A stretch of DNA of 64,000 nt from Stegostoma tigrinum (lineage: Eukaryota), in contig NC_081397.1 in NCBI RefSeq assembly GCF_030684315.1, forward strand, positions 4,464,001 to 4,528,000. Direction: 5' to 3'. The translations under genes were made by a program, and so were the position numbers. This document shows, one piece after another, positions 50,681-63,089 of this stretch. The first letter of the stretch is position 1. Every line of letters begins with the position of its first letter. The notes beneath the pieces are model-generated. The model saw only the letters and a list, made by a program, of their open reading frames with translations. It made no database searches and was not told where the DNA came from.

Positions 50681-51078
50681 GAACAGATTGATAACTGCAC
50701 TCAAATATTGACACATCAGAAGCTGGCAGGCGCTGTTTAATATCCAAACTCTCATATTCACATACCAGAAAATGGCAGGTATAAATTGACAACAACACTC
50801 ACATACACACAGTCGCAGAAACTGACAGTGAAAGAACTGATAACAGCGTTCAGACGTTGACATCACAGAGCCTGGCAGAAACAGAGTGATAACTAAACCC
50901 TCACATTCTTATAACAGAAACTGCCATGGATAGACTGGAAATTTAATCATCAAGCAGAACCTGACAGATACAGAGTGATGTGATAATGGGAACTGCAGAT
51001 GCTGGAGAATCCAAGACAACAAAGTGTGGAGGTGGATGAACACAGCAGGCCAAGCAGCATCTCAGGAGCACAAAAGCT

Positions 51079-51106
51079 GACGTTTCGGGCCGAGACCCTT
51101 CATCAG
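51079..51106 (-). ncRNA. Minimal type I hammerhead ribozyme core
   Basis: Minus strand CTGATGA-AGGGTCTCGGCCC-GAAACGTC-AGC. Confidence 0.7.
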
Positions 51107-52352
51107 ATGGGGGGATGGGGAGAGGGAACTGGAATAAATGGGGAGAGAGGGGGAGGCAGACCCAAGATGGAGAGAAAACAAGATAGGTAGAGAGGAGCCT
51201 ACAGGTGGGGAGGTGGGGAGGGGTAGTTCAGTCCAGGGAAGATGGATAGTTCAAGGAGGCGGGATGAGGGGTAGGTAGGAAATGGAGATGCGGCTTGAGG
51301 TGGGAGGAAGGGATTGGTGAGAGGAAGAACAGGTTAGGGAAGCAGAGACAAGCTGGGCTGGTTTTGGGATGCAGTGGGGGGAGGGGAAGAACTGGGCTGG
51401 TTTTGGGATGCAGTAGGGTGACCCCAGAGGATCCCCCTCATCCTCACATACCAGCCCACCTACCTCTGGATACAACATATCATCCTCCGACTCTACCGCC
51501 ATCTACAATCCGTCCCCACCACCCAAGCCATTTTTCCATTCCCACCCTTGTCTCTTTCCGGAGAGATCACTCTCTCCATGACTCCCTTGTCCACTCCACA
51601 CTCCCCTCCAACCACACCACAGCAGACACCTTCCCCTGCAACCGCAGGAAGTGCTACACTTGTCCCACACACCTCCCTCACCCCCATCCCAGGCCCCAGG
51701 ATGACCTTCCATATCAAACAGATGTTCACCTGCACATCTGCCAATGGGGTATATTGTATCCATTGCACCCAGTGTGGCTTGCTCTACATTGGAGAAACCA
51801 AGCGGAGGCTTGGGGACTGCTTTGCAGAACACCTCCGCTCGGTTTGCAACAAACAACTGCACCTCCCAGTCGCGCAACATTTCAGCTCCCCCTCCCATTC
51901 CTCAGACGACATGGGCCTCCTGCATTGCCACAATGATGCCACCCGAAGGTTGCAGGAACAGCAACTCATATTCCGCTTGGGAACCCTGCAGCCCAGTGGT
52001 ATCAACGTGGACTTCACAAGCTTCAAAATCTCCCCTTCCCCTACTGCATCCCAAAACCAGCCCAGTTCTTCCCCTCCCACCACTGCATCACAAAACCAGC
52101 CCAACCTGTGTCTGCTTCCCTAACCTGTTCGTCCTCTCACCAATCCCTTCCTCCCACCTCAAGCCGCACCTCCATTTCCAACCGATCACGTCATCCCACC
52201 TCCTTGACCTGTCCATCTTCCCTGGACTGACCTATCCCCTCCCGACCTCCCCACCTATACCCTCCTCTCTACCTATCTTCTTTTCTCTCCATCTTCAGCC
52301 CGTCTCCCCCTCTCTCCCTATTTATTCCAGTTCCCTCTCCCCATCCCCCTCT

Positions 52353-52380
52353 CTGATGAAGGGTCTAGGCCCGAAACATC
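52353..52380 (+). ncRNA. Minimal type I hammerhead ribozyme core with CpG-decayed stem III
   Basis: TCT-CTGATGA-AGGGTCTAGGCCC-GAAAC-ATC-AGA; flanking TCT/AGA can form stem I. Confidence 0.6.
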
Positions 52381-53382
52381 AGATTTTGTGCTCCTGAGAT
52401 ACACTGATAACTGCTGCCAAACATTCGCAGAGCATGGATGAAAATAAACAGATTGATAACTAAACACCCGTTTTCACAAGGCAGAAGACTGATGGGGAAA
52501 AATTAGTACATCCTCTCATAATTTCACACAGCAAAGACTGATATGGACGGAATGATAACTACAATTACACATTCATGCAACAGAATCTTGCAGGAATGTA
52601 CTGATAATTGTACAAACAAACTCACTAAGGAGAAACTGACAGTCTCAGATTTAAAACCACACTCTCTTTGTCACAAACTAAAAACTGGGAGGTACAGTGT
52701 GACAACTGAACTCAATAGTCACAGAACAAAGTCTCCCAGGTCCAGTGTGATAACTACATTCTCACATCTGCCTAACAGAAACTAAACTCGCATATTGACG
52801 GAGCAGAAATTGGCATGTGCAGACTAATGCCTGCACTCTTACATTGATACCACCGAATGGACATGTAGGTACGAGTAACAACACTCATGCATTTTCTTGG
52901 AGAAACTGTCAGGCATGGATTGAGAACTACACCCACACATTCACAGAGCACACATTGAAAGGTACAGACTAATAATGTCACACTTTTGGACAACAGAAAT
53001 GACAGAGGTAGATGACCTGAAATATCAAGCGACGTTGAAGATCTGGTCGGGAAAGGGAAGAAGGCATACATTGGGTTTAAACTATCAGGCTCAAGTGAAT
53101 CCCTAGATAACTATAAAAAGTGGAGAAGCACACAAGAGGGAAATCAGAAGAGCAAAAAGATGTCATGAAATGGATCTGGCAGAAAAGGTTACAGATAATC
53201 CCCAGAGGCTCATTAGTTATAATAAGAGTAAAAGGTTGGCTGCGGAGAGGACGACCTCTTTAAGATCAGGATGGTGGTCCATGTGTGGAGCCACAGCAGA
53301 AGGGGAGGATTTTTAATGAATATTTCTACTCAGTGTTTGCTGAGGAGAGAATCATGGATGTTAAGGAAATGAGATTAATAAC

Positions 53383-53677
53383 CTACAGTGTGGAAACAGG
53401 CGCCTCGGCTCAACAAGTCCACACCACCCCTTCAAGCTTCCCACCCAGACCCATACCCCTGTAACCCACACACCCCTGAACAGTACAGGCAATTTAGCAT
53501 GTCCGATCCACCTAACCTGCACGTCTTTGGGCTGTGGGAGGAAACCGGAGCACCCGGAGGAAACCCACGCAGACACAGGGAGAATGTGTAAACTCCATAC
53601 AGACAGTCGCCCGAGGCTGGAATCGAATCTGGGTCCCTGGTGCTGTGAGGCTGCAGTGCTAGCCACTGTGCCACCCT
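53383..53677 (-). mobile_element. tRNA-derived SINE (HE1/V-SINE type)
   Basis: Minus strand GGGTGGCACAGTGGCTAGCACTGCAGCCTCACAGCACCAGGGACCCAGATTCGATTCC (A/B boxes), then V-domain GTGGGTTTCCTCCGGGTGCTCCGGTTTCCTCCCACAG. Confidence 0.9.
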
Positions 53678-54377
53678 ATAATCCCTATTAGAAATAAGGG
53701 AAGGAAGTCGAGATATTTTGGACTGCATATGTATGAACAGAAAGGGTGTCTTTGCAGCCTTAGATCATACAAAGGTGGATGAATTTCTGAGTTCTGATAG
53801 TGTCCATCTCGGATTTTGTGGGAAGCCAGTAAAGAAATTGCAGAGGCCCTTCCTTTGCAGAGATTTTAGCTTCATTTTTAGCCACTGGCGAGGTTCCAGA
53901 AGACTGGAGGGTGGCTAAAGTTATTACATTGTTTATGAAAGGGAGGAAAGACAAGCCAGGGAACTTCCAGCCAGTGAGCCTAACACCAGCAGTAAGCAAG
54001 TTATTGGAAAGGATGCTGAGTGACAGGATCAATGAACATTTGGATATTCAAGGTATGATTACGGATAGTCGGCATGGATTTGTGTGCGGAAAGGCACATG
54101 TGACAAATCTTTGAGTTTTTCAAAGAAGTAACCAAGTGAATAGATGAGGGGAGGGCAGTAGATGCAGTCTGTGTGGACTTTAGTAAGGCCTTTGACAAGG
54201 TCCTGCACGCAGACGAGTAATGAAGGTTAGGTTGCAAGGGATCCAGGGAGAGCTAGCTAATTTGATTCAAAAATGGCTCGATGGTAGAAAGCAGAGTGTG
54301 ATGGTTGAAGCTTGTTTCTCGGACTGGAGGCCTGTGACTCGTGGTGTGCCACAGGGGTTTGTGCTGTGACCTTTGTT

Positions 54378-54680
54378 GGGCACCTCGGTGTCTCAGTGGC
54401 TCGCACCGGGGATCTGGGTTCAATCCCATCCTCAGGCGATTATCTATGTGGAGTTTGCACATTCTCTCCGTGTCTGAATGATGTTCCTCCGGGTGCTCCG
54501 GTTTCCTCCCACAGTTCAAAGATGTGCAGGCTAGGTTGGTTGGCTATGGGAATTTTCCCGTAGTGTTCAGTCATGTGTTGGGTGAGTTATAGCAGGATGG
54601 ATCTGGGTGGGATGCTCGGAGTGTCAGCATGGACTTGTTGGGCCAAAGGGCCTATTTCCACACAGTAGGGATTCGATGAT
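54378..54680 (+). mobile_element. tRNA-derived SINE (HE1/V-SINE type)
   Basis: GGTTCAATCCC B box; GTGGAGTTTGCACATTCTC..TTCCTCCGGGTGCTCCGGTTTCCTCCCACAG. Confidence 0.88.
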
Positions 54681-56284
54681 TGTGTGATAAGTGGCCTTGA
54701 TGTGAATGTACAAGGCATGATTCGTATGTTTTTCAATAATACAAAATTAAGATGTAGTTTTGAAAGTGCGGAAGGTTTATCAAGAAAATAGAGGGATTTA
54801 AGAAGGACCTTGCGGAGTGGTGCACATGTGGAATCAGCTGCCAGAGAAAGTTGTTGAGGCAGGTGCAATTGCAGCATTAAAAAAAGGGTAGGTTTTAGAG
54901 GGATATGGACCAAATGTGGGCAGTTGGAATTAGCTGAGAGGGCACCATGATCAGCATGAACCAGTTTGGGCTGAAGGGCCTTTGTCCATGCTGCATGACT
55001 GCCTGACCTCAGACTACAACAAGACCTTGATCGAGAGGACCAATGGGCTCTGTCGTGGCAGCTGGGGTTTAATCTTGACAAATGTGAGGTGCTACATTTT
55101 GTCACAGAAAATCGGGGCAAGACTTGCACACTTCATGGTCAATTCTCGGGAAGTGTTGCCAAACTAAGTGGCCACAGAATGCAGGCTCATAGCGTCTTGA
55201 AAGTGGAATTCCAGGGAGACAGGGCAGTGAAGAAGGTGTTTGATACAATTGCCTTTATTGGTCAGGGCATTCAATGTATATTGAGGATTGGGAGGTGATG
55301 TTGTGACTGTACAGAAGATTGGTTAGACTACTTCTGAAATACTGCATTCAGTTCTGGTGCCCCCTTGCAATAGGGAAGGTGTTGTTAAACTTGCATGAGT
55401 CAGGAACATGTTTAAAAGGATGTTGCCACAGTTTGAAAGTTTGAGTTTCAGGGAGAGACTGAATAGACAGGGCTTATTGTGGCTTGTTTTGCAGCTTGTT
55501 TTCCATGAAGTGTCTGAGGCTGAGTGGTGACTGTATAGAAGATATAAAAGTAAGAGGGGCATGGATAGCATGAATAGTCACGTTCTTATGCACAAGGGAT
55601 AGGAGTCCGAAACTAGAGGGCATGGGTTTTGGATGAGAAAATCACGATTTGAAAGGAACTTAAGGTGGGCAGTGTTTGCTCACAGAGTGTAGTGTGGAAT
55701 TGCAGTGAACTGTCAGAGGAAGTGGTGGAGTTGAGTACAGCTACAACATTTAAATGACATCTGGGCGGGTGCATGAATAGGAAGGGCTTAGAGTGATGTG
55801 GGCCAAATGCTGGCAAATAGGACTAGATTAATTGAGGATATCTGGTTGCCATGGATGAGGTGGACCCACGAGTGTTGTATATCTTTATGACAGTATGACA
55901 GGAACAGACTGTGAGAGAGTAATAACCATCCACACTGCGTGAAATGCGTCAGATGGATAACTGCACTTCCATTTTCATATCGCAGAGACTGACAGATATT
56001 CGACAAACTATCCCTCATTAAACATCAAGCTCTGAACACAATACTGCTTATAGTGTAATGCAGAAACTACAGAGAGTGATGAAACAAAATAATATGTTAT
56101 ACATGAAAGGTTGCTTTGAGCAGATAAATACATTGTCGCAATTAAAAACTCTCAGGTACTGTGTTCACAATATCAATAAATGACAATAACGAGTTAAATG
56201 TAGAGTGATCCGGGTACAAAATTTCGGCTTGTGTTTCACTTTTCGTTGCATATCCTGACAGATCCCCGATGTATCCCACACTAA

Positions 56285-56395
56285 CCAATCACAGAAAAGC
56301 TAATCACATCCTCTGAGATTCTTGTAAACTGTCCAATCATGAACGAGACCTCCCCCATCCCTCATTAGCATTGCTGACGCCAGCAGCCTATAAAA
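56285..56395 (+). promoter_or_regulatory. H2B promoter: CCAAT boxes, H2B octamer-like element and TATA
   Basis: CCAAT 56285-56289 and 56333-56337; CTCATTAGCAT 56361-56371 (compare ATTTGCAT); TATAAAA 56389-56395. Confidence 0.85.
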
Positions 56396-56448
56396 AGCGA
56401 GCCCCGCGCCCACTTTCCCTTATTCTGTGTCTGACTGTGACCGTCGCT

Positions 56449-56829
56449 ATGGCAGATGAGAAGAAATCGCAGGCAACTTCCAAGAAAGGCGCGAAGAAAA
56501 TCATCAAGAAGGCGCCGGGGAAAAGCGGCAAGAAAAGGAGCCGACGCAGGAAAGAAAGTTACTCCATCTATATCTACAAAGTGATGAAGCAGGTTCACCC
56601 CGACACCGGCATCTCCTCCAGGGCCATGAGCATCATGAACTCGTTCGTCAACGATATTTTCGAGCGTATCGCAGGGGAGGCTTCCCGCCTGGCCCATTAC
56701 AACAAGCGCAGCACCATCAGCTCCCGGGAGATCCAGACCGCCGTGCGGCTGCTGCTGCCCGGGGAGCTGGCCAAGCACGCCGTGTCGGAGGGTACAAAGG
56801 CGGTGACCAAGTACACCAGCTCCAAGTGA
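56449..56829 (+). CDS. H2B: Histone H2B, 126 aa
   Basis: MADEKK...[24 protein letters not shown]...[24 protein letters not shown]; true ATG at 56449, downstream of TATA. Confidence 0.98.
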   Translation: MADEKKSQATSKKGAKKIIKKAPGKSGKKRSRRRKESYSIYIYKVMKQVHPDTGISSRAMSIMNSFVNDIFERIAGEASRLAHYNKRSTISSREIQTAVRLLLPGELAKHAVSEGTKAVTKYTSSK

Positions 56830-56871
56830 GACACCTCACTGCTGAAAGCAGACACCAATCCAAAACCCAAC

Positions 56872-56887
56872 GGCTCTTTTAAGAGCC
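56872..56887 (+). terminator. Histone 3' stem-loop of H2B
   Basis: GGCTCT-TTTA-AGAGCC-ACCCAC, then GAGACAGCTG. Confidence 0.95.
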
Positions 56888-57439
56888 ACCCACAATTGCA
56901 CTGAGACAGCTGAACCGTTTTAACTTGGATAGTCGATGCTAGAGAATCTGAGACAACAAGGTGTGGGCCTGGGTGAACACAGCAAGCCGAGCAGCGTCAG
57001 AGGAGCAGGAATGTTGTCATTTCGGGGCGAGACCCTTCTTAAGAAATTAGGTTTTAACTTTGTGGTTTATTCTGGGTCTGTATAATTCATGTCCCTAAGC
57101 TTTGTGTTTCGTTTTCAATAAACTTTGTTAAAAAAAATTCGTGTGATCCCTCACCCTCTGCCTTTTATTCTCGGTTGCGACGTTCCCTGACTGTTTTCCC
57201 TGCCTGTATAGAGAGCATACTTTTCGTCCCGGAGTCATTTTTTTCTGCACCTTCTATGTTTCACAGTTACTCTGTAACCCTTGATCAGCGCAAAAGCTAC
57301 AGTGCCCCGTGGGGTATGAAACACGAGTTTCACCCGGAATGAAAAGTAACTGTTCTAGTCCCACGAATAGATTTTGAAATTTACTTGTCCTTTTCTTTCA
57401 TTAACTTTTCAAAGCGCCACTGAGACTTCGTCTGATGTT

Positions 57440-58750
57440 TGCAGAGCACTGCAAATGAGGCTCTCAGCTGTCGATAAGGGGCTTTCAAACTGAACTGAGA
57501 TAAAACCAGATTAACTGCTGGATTGCCATATCAAGTGTGAAACTGGTTGAAGTCTGATCAAGGACCATAGGGACGGCACTTTAAACTAAAGTTTCACCGC
57601 TCTCTCCGGCAAGAAGATTATGTGAGTTTTTCCTAAATATTTCAGGGTCCACTTGCAATATGAAAAATGAATTAAATTCGATGAAAAATTAAATTATTCA
57701 TTCCTCTTTGTAAAACTTCTTTTTCCTATTTCGGACATGTTGGAGGGTTTTGTCCCTGTGGGTAATGAGCCCTAAATTTCTCCCGTGGGAACGAAAGCAA
57801 ATGACCCCGAATTTGAGACCCACGAAGGTAGTATCGTGCGATTTCTGTTTTGTTTCAATTCCCAAATCTCGACGTGAAGTTCTCGGAATTTATTTTCAGA
57901 ATGCAGGATGTGGGGCTTGCCGTTCTCGGTAAGAGGCTTTCAAAATGAACCGAGATTAACAGGGACGTCTGATCTAGCACAATAATTACAAAATTTCCCG
58001 AGGCCGGAGTTCCTCACTGAGTGAGAACGAGAGGTTATGTCAAGTATCAATTTGTAATCTGAAAGAAAATTAAATCGTAAACATTCATGTAAAGCGTCTT
58101 CCTCGTATTGCCCATGTTGGCGGGCTTTTCAAATCGGAAAGAAAACGGTGGATGATTTGGCGCCGGTATTTTCCTACGGTTTCCACGCAGAGGAATTTTG
58201 TTTTATTTTCAAATCTCCCCGCGGGTTCTATCCAGTTTTGCAGAAAGCTATAAATGAGGCTTTCTGCTGTCGCTGGGAGCATTTCAAAGTGAACCGAGAT
58301 GAAAGCAGAACAGCTGCCGGACTGGCATCGCAAAAGTAGAAATATTGTTGATCTCGTGCAGTAGGGAGCGCGATTGTAAAATGTTGTTTAAAGCAGTCAT
58401 GCGCTCAACGGGAAAGAAATTGTTGTGTGATACTGTTATCATTATCTCCATTATCAGCATTATATGCTGATCTGAAATAAAATAAATCTGTGCAGAGACT
58501 TACTTCGGGCGGGCTCCTTTTTCTGCCATCTGCTCATTCTTAAGTATAAAAAAAATCAGAAACACATCGATTCACTGAGGCCTGGGAATCAGAGAGAGAT
58601 TGTGTGAAGTATACAGGTGTATTTTAAAAGTAAATTATCTGAAATATGAACGCATTCTTCTTTGTAAAACTTCTTCCAGTTTTGTACATATTGGCGGGCT
58701 TTCCGAGTTTGAAAGAAAGCGGTTGATGATTTGGCGCCGGGATGTTCCCG
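57440..58750 (+). repeat. Degenerate repeated unit (2-3 copies) in the H2B-H2A spacer carrying E2F-like sites
   Basis: AAATGAGGCT..GCTGTCG..TTTCAAA.TGAAC.GAGAT near 57453, 57935 and 58252; TTGGCGGG/TTTGGCGCC at 58117/58156 and 58691/58730. Confidence 0.7.
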
Positions 58751-58773
58751 CCTCCTCCCCGGGCCCTCTCCGG

Positions 58774-58890
58774 ATTGGTGAGGGAAGCAGATATCTGATT
58801 GGGAATGGAAACGACATTAGGAGATACCGAACAATGTGACCAATCAGCAATGGCCGCACCCACATTCCTCCCGAAGGTAGAAGAGGGCGG
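58774..58890 (+). promoter_or_regulatory. H2A promoter: ATTGG/CCAAT boxes, GC box, non-canonical TATA position
   Basis: ATTGG 58774-58778 and 58798-58802; CCAAT 58840-58844; TAGAAGA at 58878-58884 followed by GGGCGG. Confidence 0.65.
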
Positions 58891-58930
58891 GATGGGGCCA
58901 CATTGCAGCATTCTCTGTGAAAGTGTTTGA

Positions 58931-59335
<405 letters not shown>

Positions 59336-59365
59336 AGAGGCCGTTCTTGAATTTGCAAACACAAA

Positions 59366-59381
59366 GGCTCTTTTAAGAGCC
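59366..59381 (+). terminator. Histone 3' stem-loop of H2A
   Basis: AAA-GGCTCT-TTTA-AGAGCC-ACCCAC, then GAAAAGCAGCTG. Confidence 0.95.
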
Positions 59382-60104
59382 ACCCACCACATCAGTTGAA
59401 AAGCAGCTGGACCGTCACTGCTGGCTAATTAACTTTCATGTTATGTTCAAACACGGTCCTTTAAATGAGCAAAAATAATCCCTTTTGTTTTCTCCTTAAG
59501 AGAGATAACACTAGAACAGCTGCCGGACGGGACGAATAAAGTTGGAGGTTTTGCTACAGGGACAGCGACTTTAAACAGTGACTCAAAGGGGCATTCCCAC
59601 CCATACGCTGACAGGGAAATAGAGACATGGAATAGCTCTGCGCCACAAAGAGGCCATTCGAGACTGACGCGACCCTCCTCAGTTGGTCGAACGAATCCAC
59701 TAGTGGGAGATTGCGCTGCGCAAAATTTCGAGTGCACGAACAAAAATATAAACATAGTTTGTATGTTGTGGTGGGTTTTGAAATTGGCGATTATTTTCCA
59801 CCATCCTCCTCCTCCGCCAAGTTCAGTTACAGCTGGGGAAACGCCAAGGGAAGCAATTCGCACTCAGAGGCGTTTCAATTAGAAATGTATAAATTATAAA
59901 ACGTGGAGTGCAGTACTTGAATTTGTTGCGATTAGTGAAAGTGTATAAATCTGATTGCCCCGAGTTGCGTCTTGACTTGAAGATGAATTCGTGCATCTCA
60001 GACACATTAAGTTTCTGTAAGAGCTGTTGCATTGAGACGACATCAATAGCATTAACTGAAGTCCATCGTGCCTGACGATTGCTGCGCGCTCTGGATAGTG
60101 CAGT

Positions 60105-60120
60105 GGCTCTGAAAAGAGCC
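60105..60120 (-). terminator. Histone 3' stem-loop of H3
   Basis: Minus strand GGCTCT-TTTC-AGAGCC, followed by atypical ACTGCAC. Confidence 0.92.
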
Positions 60121-60162
60121 GTTGTTTCGCGGGGTGAACGTGCAGGGCCGGGCCCTGTTCTT

Positions 60163-60597
<435 letters not shown>

Positions 60598-61408
60598 CTA
60601 CTATCAATGCTGAGCCTGCTGCGGCGCTGCCTATTTAAGGGAATGGAGAGCCCGCCCTCGAGCCTGGATTGGATACAGCCCCGTCCCTCAACCCCCTGAG
60701 AAACAGCCGCTGAAGGACAGGAAAGGGAGCAAAATAGTTGTTGGAGGCTGATTGGTTAAGTTGGAATGACAGTTGGTCAATTTCAAATCGCCCGCCGATT
60801 TCAGAAAGAGCTGAAGTAATTTTAAAACGAGAACTCCCATGTGTCTGCAACTAAGGTTATATCTTATGCTTTACAAAATTTTCTTGTGAACCTAACTTGC
60901 AGTCAGCGCGGAGTGGGCTCTGAATCATTTCCTGATGTGTCTCTGACAGGCAGTTAGAATGAACTCGCCACTAAAACATCGGCACGGCTACCAGAATCAA
61001 AATGAACAAAGTATCATTCCTGGAAGCGTGAATGAAGTACAAACACTGCAATATGCAATTAACGCCTGGGCCCAAAATTACGGACAGAGCAAATTATTAT
61101 TCATGGTATGGACAACTGGTAGTATTACTGATAGACTGGTATTCACAAGAAAGGGCATAACCAGCTGCAGAACAGTATCGTCTCGAATGGCGTGAAACCT
61201 CTATCTGTAGTGCAGGGATACCTTGGTTATAAAACACTTTTCTGCAGACAGTGTAATTTCACAATCCGCGCTCCCTCTCCTGCAACGCGGGGCACGAAGT
61301 TAATATATTTCCTGAAAGGATTGGTTCAAAATTAAAAGTCGCTGCACCAGCCCTATGTGTTGCCTTTCCCCGTCCTCAGGTCTCCGCTCTCAATCGGAGG
61401 GTTTGGGT

Positions 61409-61424
61409 GGCTCTGAAAAGAGCC
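61409..61424 (-). terminator. Histone 3' stem-loop of H4
   Basis: Minus strand AAA-GGCTCT-TTTC-AGAGCC-ACCCA, then GAGAGCGGAG. Confidence 0.95.
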
Positions 61425-61454
61425 TTTGGGTTCGCTGGAAAAGGGACGAGTTGC

Positions 61455-61775
<321 letters not shown>

Positions 61776-61823
61776 TCACTGCAATCGCTGCCGAGTGAGA
61801 GCCGAGCTGCCTCACCTTCCTTC

Positions 61824-61856
61824 TTTATACAGCCCGCCCCGACCTGGCTGAGAAAG
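61824..61856 (-). promoter_or_regulatory. H4 promoter: TATA, GC box and H4 subtype (HiNF-P-like) element
   Basis: Minus strand TTTCTCAGCCAGGTCGGGGCGGGCTGTATAAAG. Confidence 0.75.
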
Positions 61857-62227
61857 AGCTGACAGAGAGTGAGAGGCGGCCCGGGCAGGAAACTGAGTGA
61901 CAGACAGAGAAATGTCCAGCTCCGCCTCCAGCTACGACTCAAGCTTCATGTTCGAAGATAATAAAACCTGGAACTTTTAAAAGCAGTTGTGATACAATTA
62001 AACGCCCATGTGCCGGCCTTTCTTTCAGGAGACAGCATGTCAGCTTCCATTTCAAAGATAGCAGAAACTGCAGATGCTGTAGAATACGACAGTGTCAGTT
62101 TCCATTGCTCCAGCTGAATCACACAAAATCAATTCTTGAGGGCTGTGTTATGAAGCGGGGTTTCTGCGCCAGTGTTACTCTCTCCCTAAATGTGTAAAAT
62201 AGAAACGGACAGGAACTGAAACTGACT

Positions 62228-62990
62228 TTTCCACAGCCATGATAAGAAAGTGTGGGGCTGGATGAACACAGCTGGCCAAGCAGCATCTTAGGAGCACAAA
62301 AGCTGATATTTCGGGCCGAGACTCTTCATCCAGCCAATATCACTTTCCACAGCCATATCACATTCCTCAGTGACTGCCTCCGGCTCAGACTCACACCACG
62401 TGGATTCCAACTCAAGTTTCATCCCTCATGTTTTGAATACTCCCAGGATCATAGATACCACCATGATGTTCAACGTTCCACGGACAGCAGCTCTGGCCAC
62501 ATTCTGAGATCCACCCTCAATGCGATGCGGCTGCACATGCATAGTCTCAACCTCTCTCTCCAACAGCATCGTAACACACTGGCTCAGAGCTGTACCAGTC
62601 CTCAGTTCCACTTCATGCTCCGGCTCATTCGTCAGACTAACAAGGAATTTTTTTTTCTCTTCTGATCAGGCAATCAGGCCCACAAGATGCATCAACTCAA
62701 AAATACCAATGGCTGTCTGGAACCTACCGCTCCTTCCCTTCCCTCTGACTCTATCCCCTCCCACAAACACCCCACATCATGTTGGGTATTGGCCATCCCT
62801 CCTAACCTTCTGCTCTCTGATGCTGAACGCTCTGTACTCAGCAAAGGCCTCAGCTTCATCTCTCTGCATCCAGTTCTGAGGAAGGGTCATCGGACCTGAA
62901 ATGTTCACTTTTTTCCCCTCCATAGATGCTGCCAAATCTGTTGAGCATTTCCAGTAACTTTGTTTTTGTTCCTGAACTGCAAGTGCACCC
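62228..62990 (+). mobile_element. 5' ORF portion of a Neptune-type Penelope element with a nested terminal-repeat insertion and a hammerhead-like motif at 62876-62905
   Basis: FHSHITFLSDCLRLRLTPRGFQLKFHPS..LSDAERSVLSKGLSF; TTTCCACAGCCAT duplicated at 62228-62240 and 62344-62356; CTGAGGA-AGGGTC-ATCG-GACCT-GAAA. Confidence 0.75.
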
Positions 62991-63089
62991 GAACTGATGG
63001 TCAGTAAAAATGAGAGGGGGTGTCCTCACACTGATTCATTGTAGAATGTGCGAGAGGAACTGGTTGTAAATGGAGCCAAGAAAGCGTGC

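Larger units (their letters stand above)
50982..52400. mobile_element. Neptune-type Penelope element with inverted terminal repeat (50982-51416 minus; 51417-52400 plus)
   Basis: NGVYCIHCTQCGLLYIGETKRRLGDCFAEHLR; mirror-image 3' sequences at both ends. Confidence 0.92.
53060..55900 (+). mobile_element. Long degraded CR1 LINE ORF2 with nested SINEs
   Basis: AKVITLFMKGRKDKPGNFQPVSLTPAVSKLLE; VDFSKAFDKV; AVKKVFDTIAFIG. Confidence 0.88.
42320..56010 (-). repeat. Dispersed arrays of the ~47-bp repeat in reverse orientation (GCAGAAACTGACAGGTACAGATTGATAACTACACTCACATTCAC), at about 42320-42780, 44300-44800, 47000-47750, 48500-49030, 50280-50970, 52400-53020 and 55900-56010
   Basis: Reverse complement of the 22.5-27 kb repeat, interrupted by many TEs. 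Confidence 0.85.

Noticed and set aside
53600-53677. tRNA gene
   Set aside because: The A/B-box head continues directly into a V-SINE body; no full cloverleaf.
22500-56010. C2H2 zinc-finger coding exon downstream of the NRF1 promoters
   Set aside because: No HTGEKP/HTGERP linkers or CxxC..HxxxH arrays were seen in the ORF track or by reading; the CACATTCACA text belongs to the 47-bp repeat.
56371-56448. N-terminal extension of H2B in the ORF track (similarly for H2A, H3 and H4)
   Set aside because: These start at TTG/GTG codons, in H2B upstream of the TATA box; the canonical ATGs are downstream.
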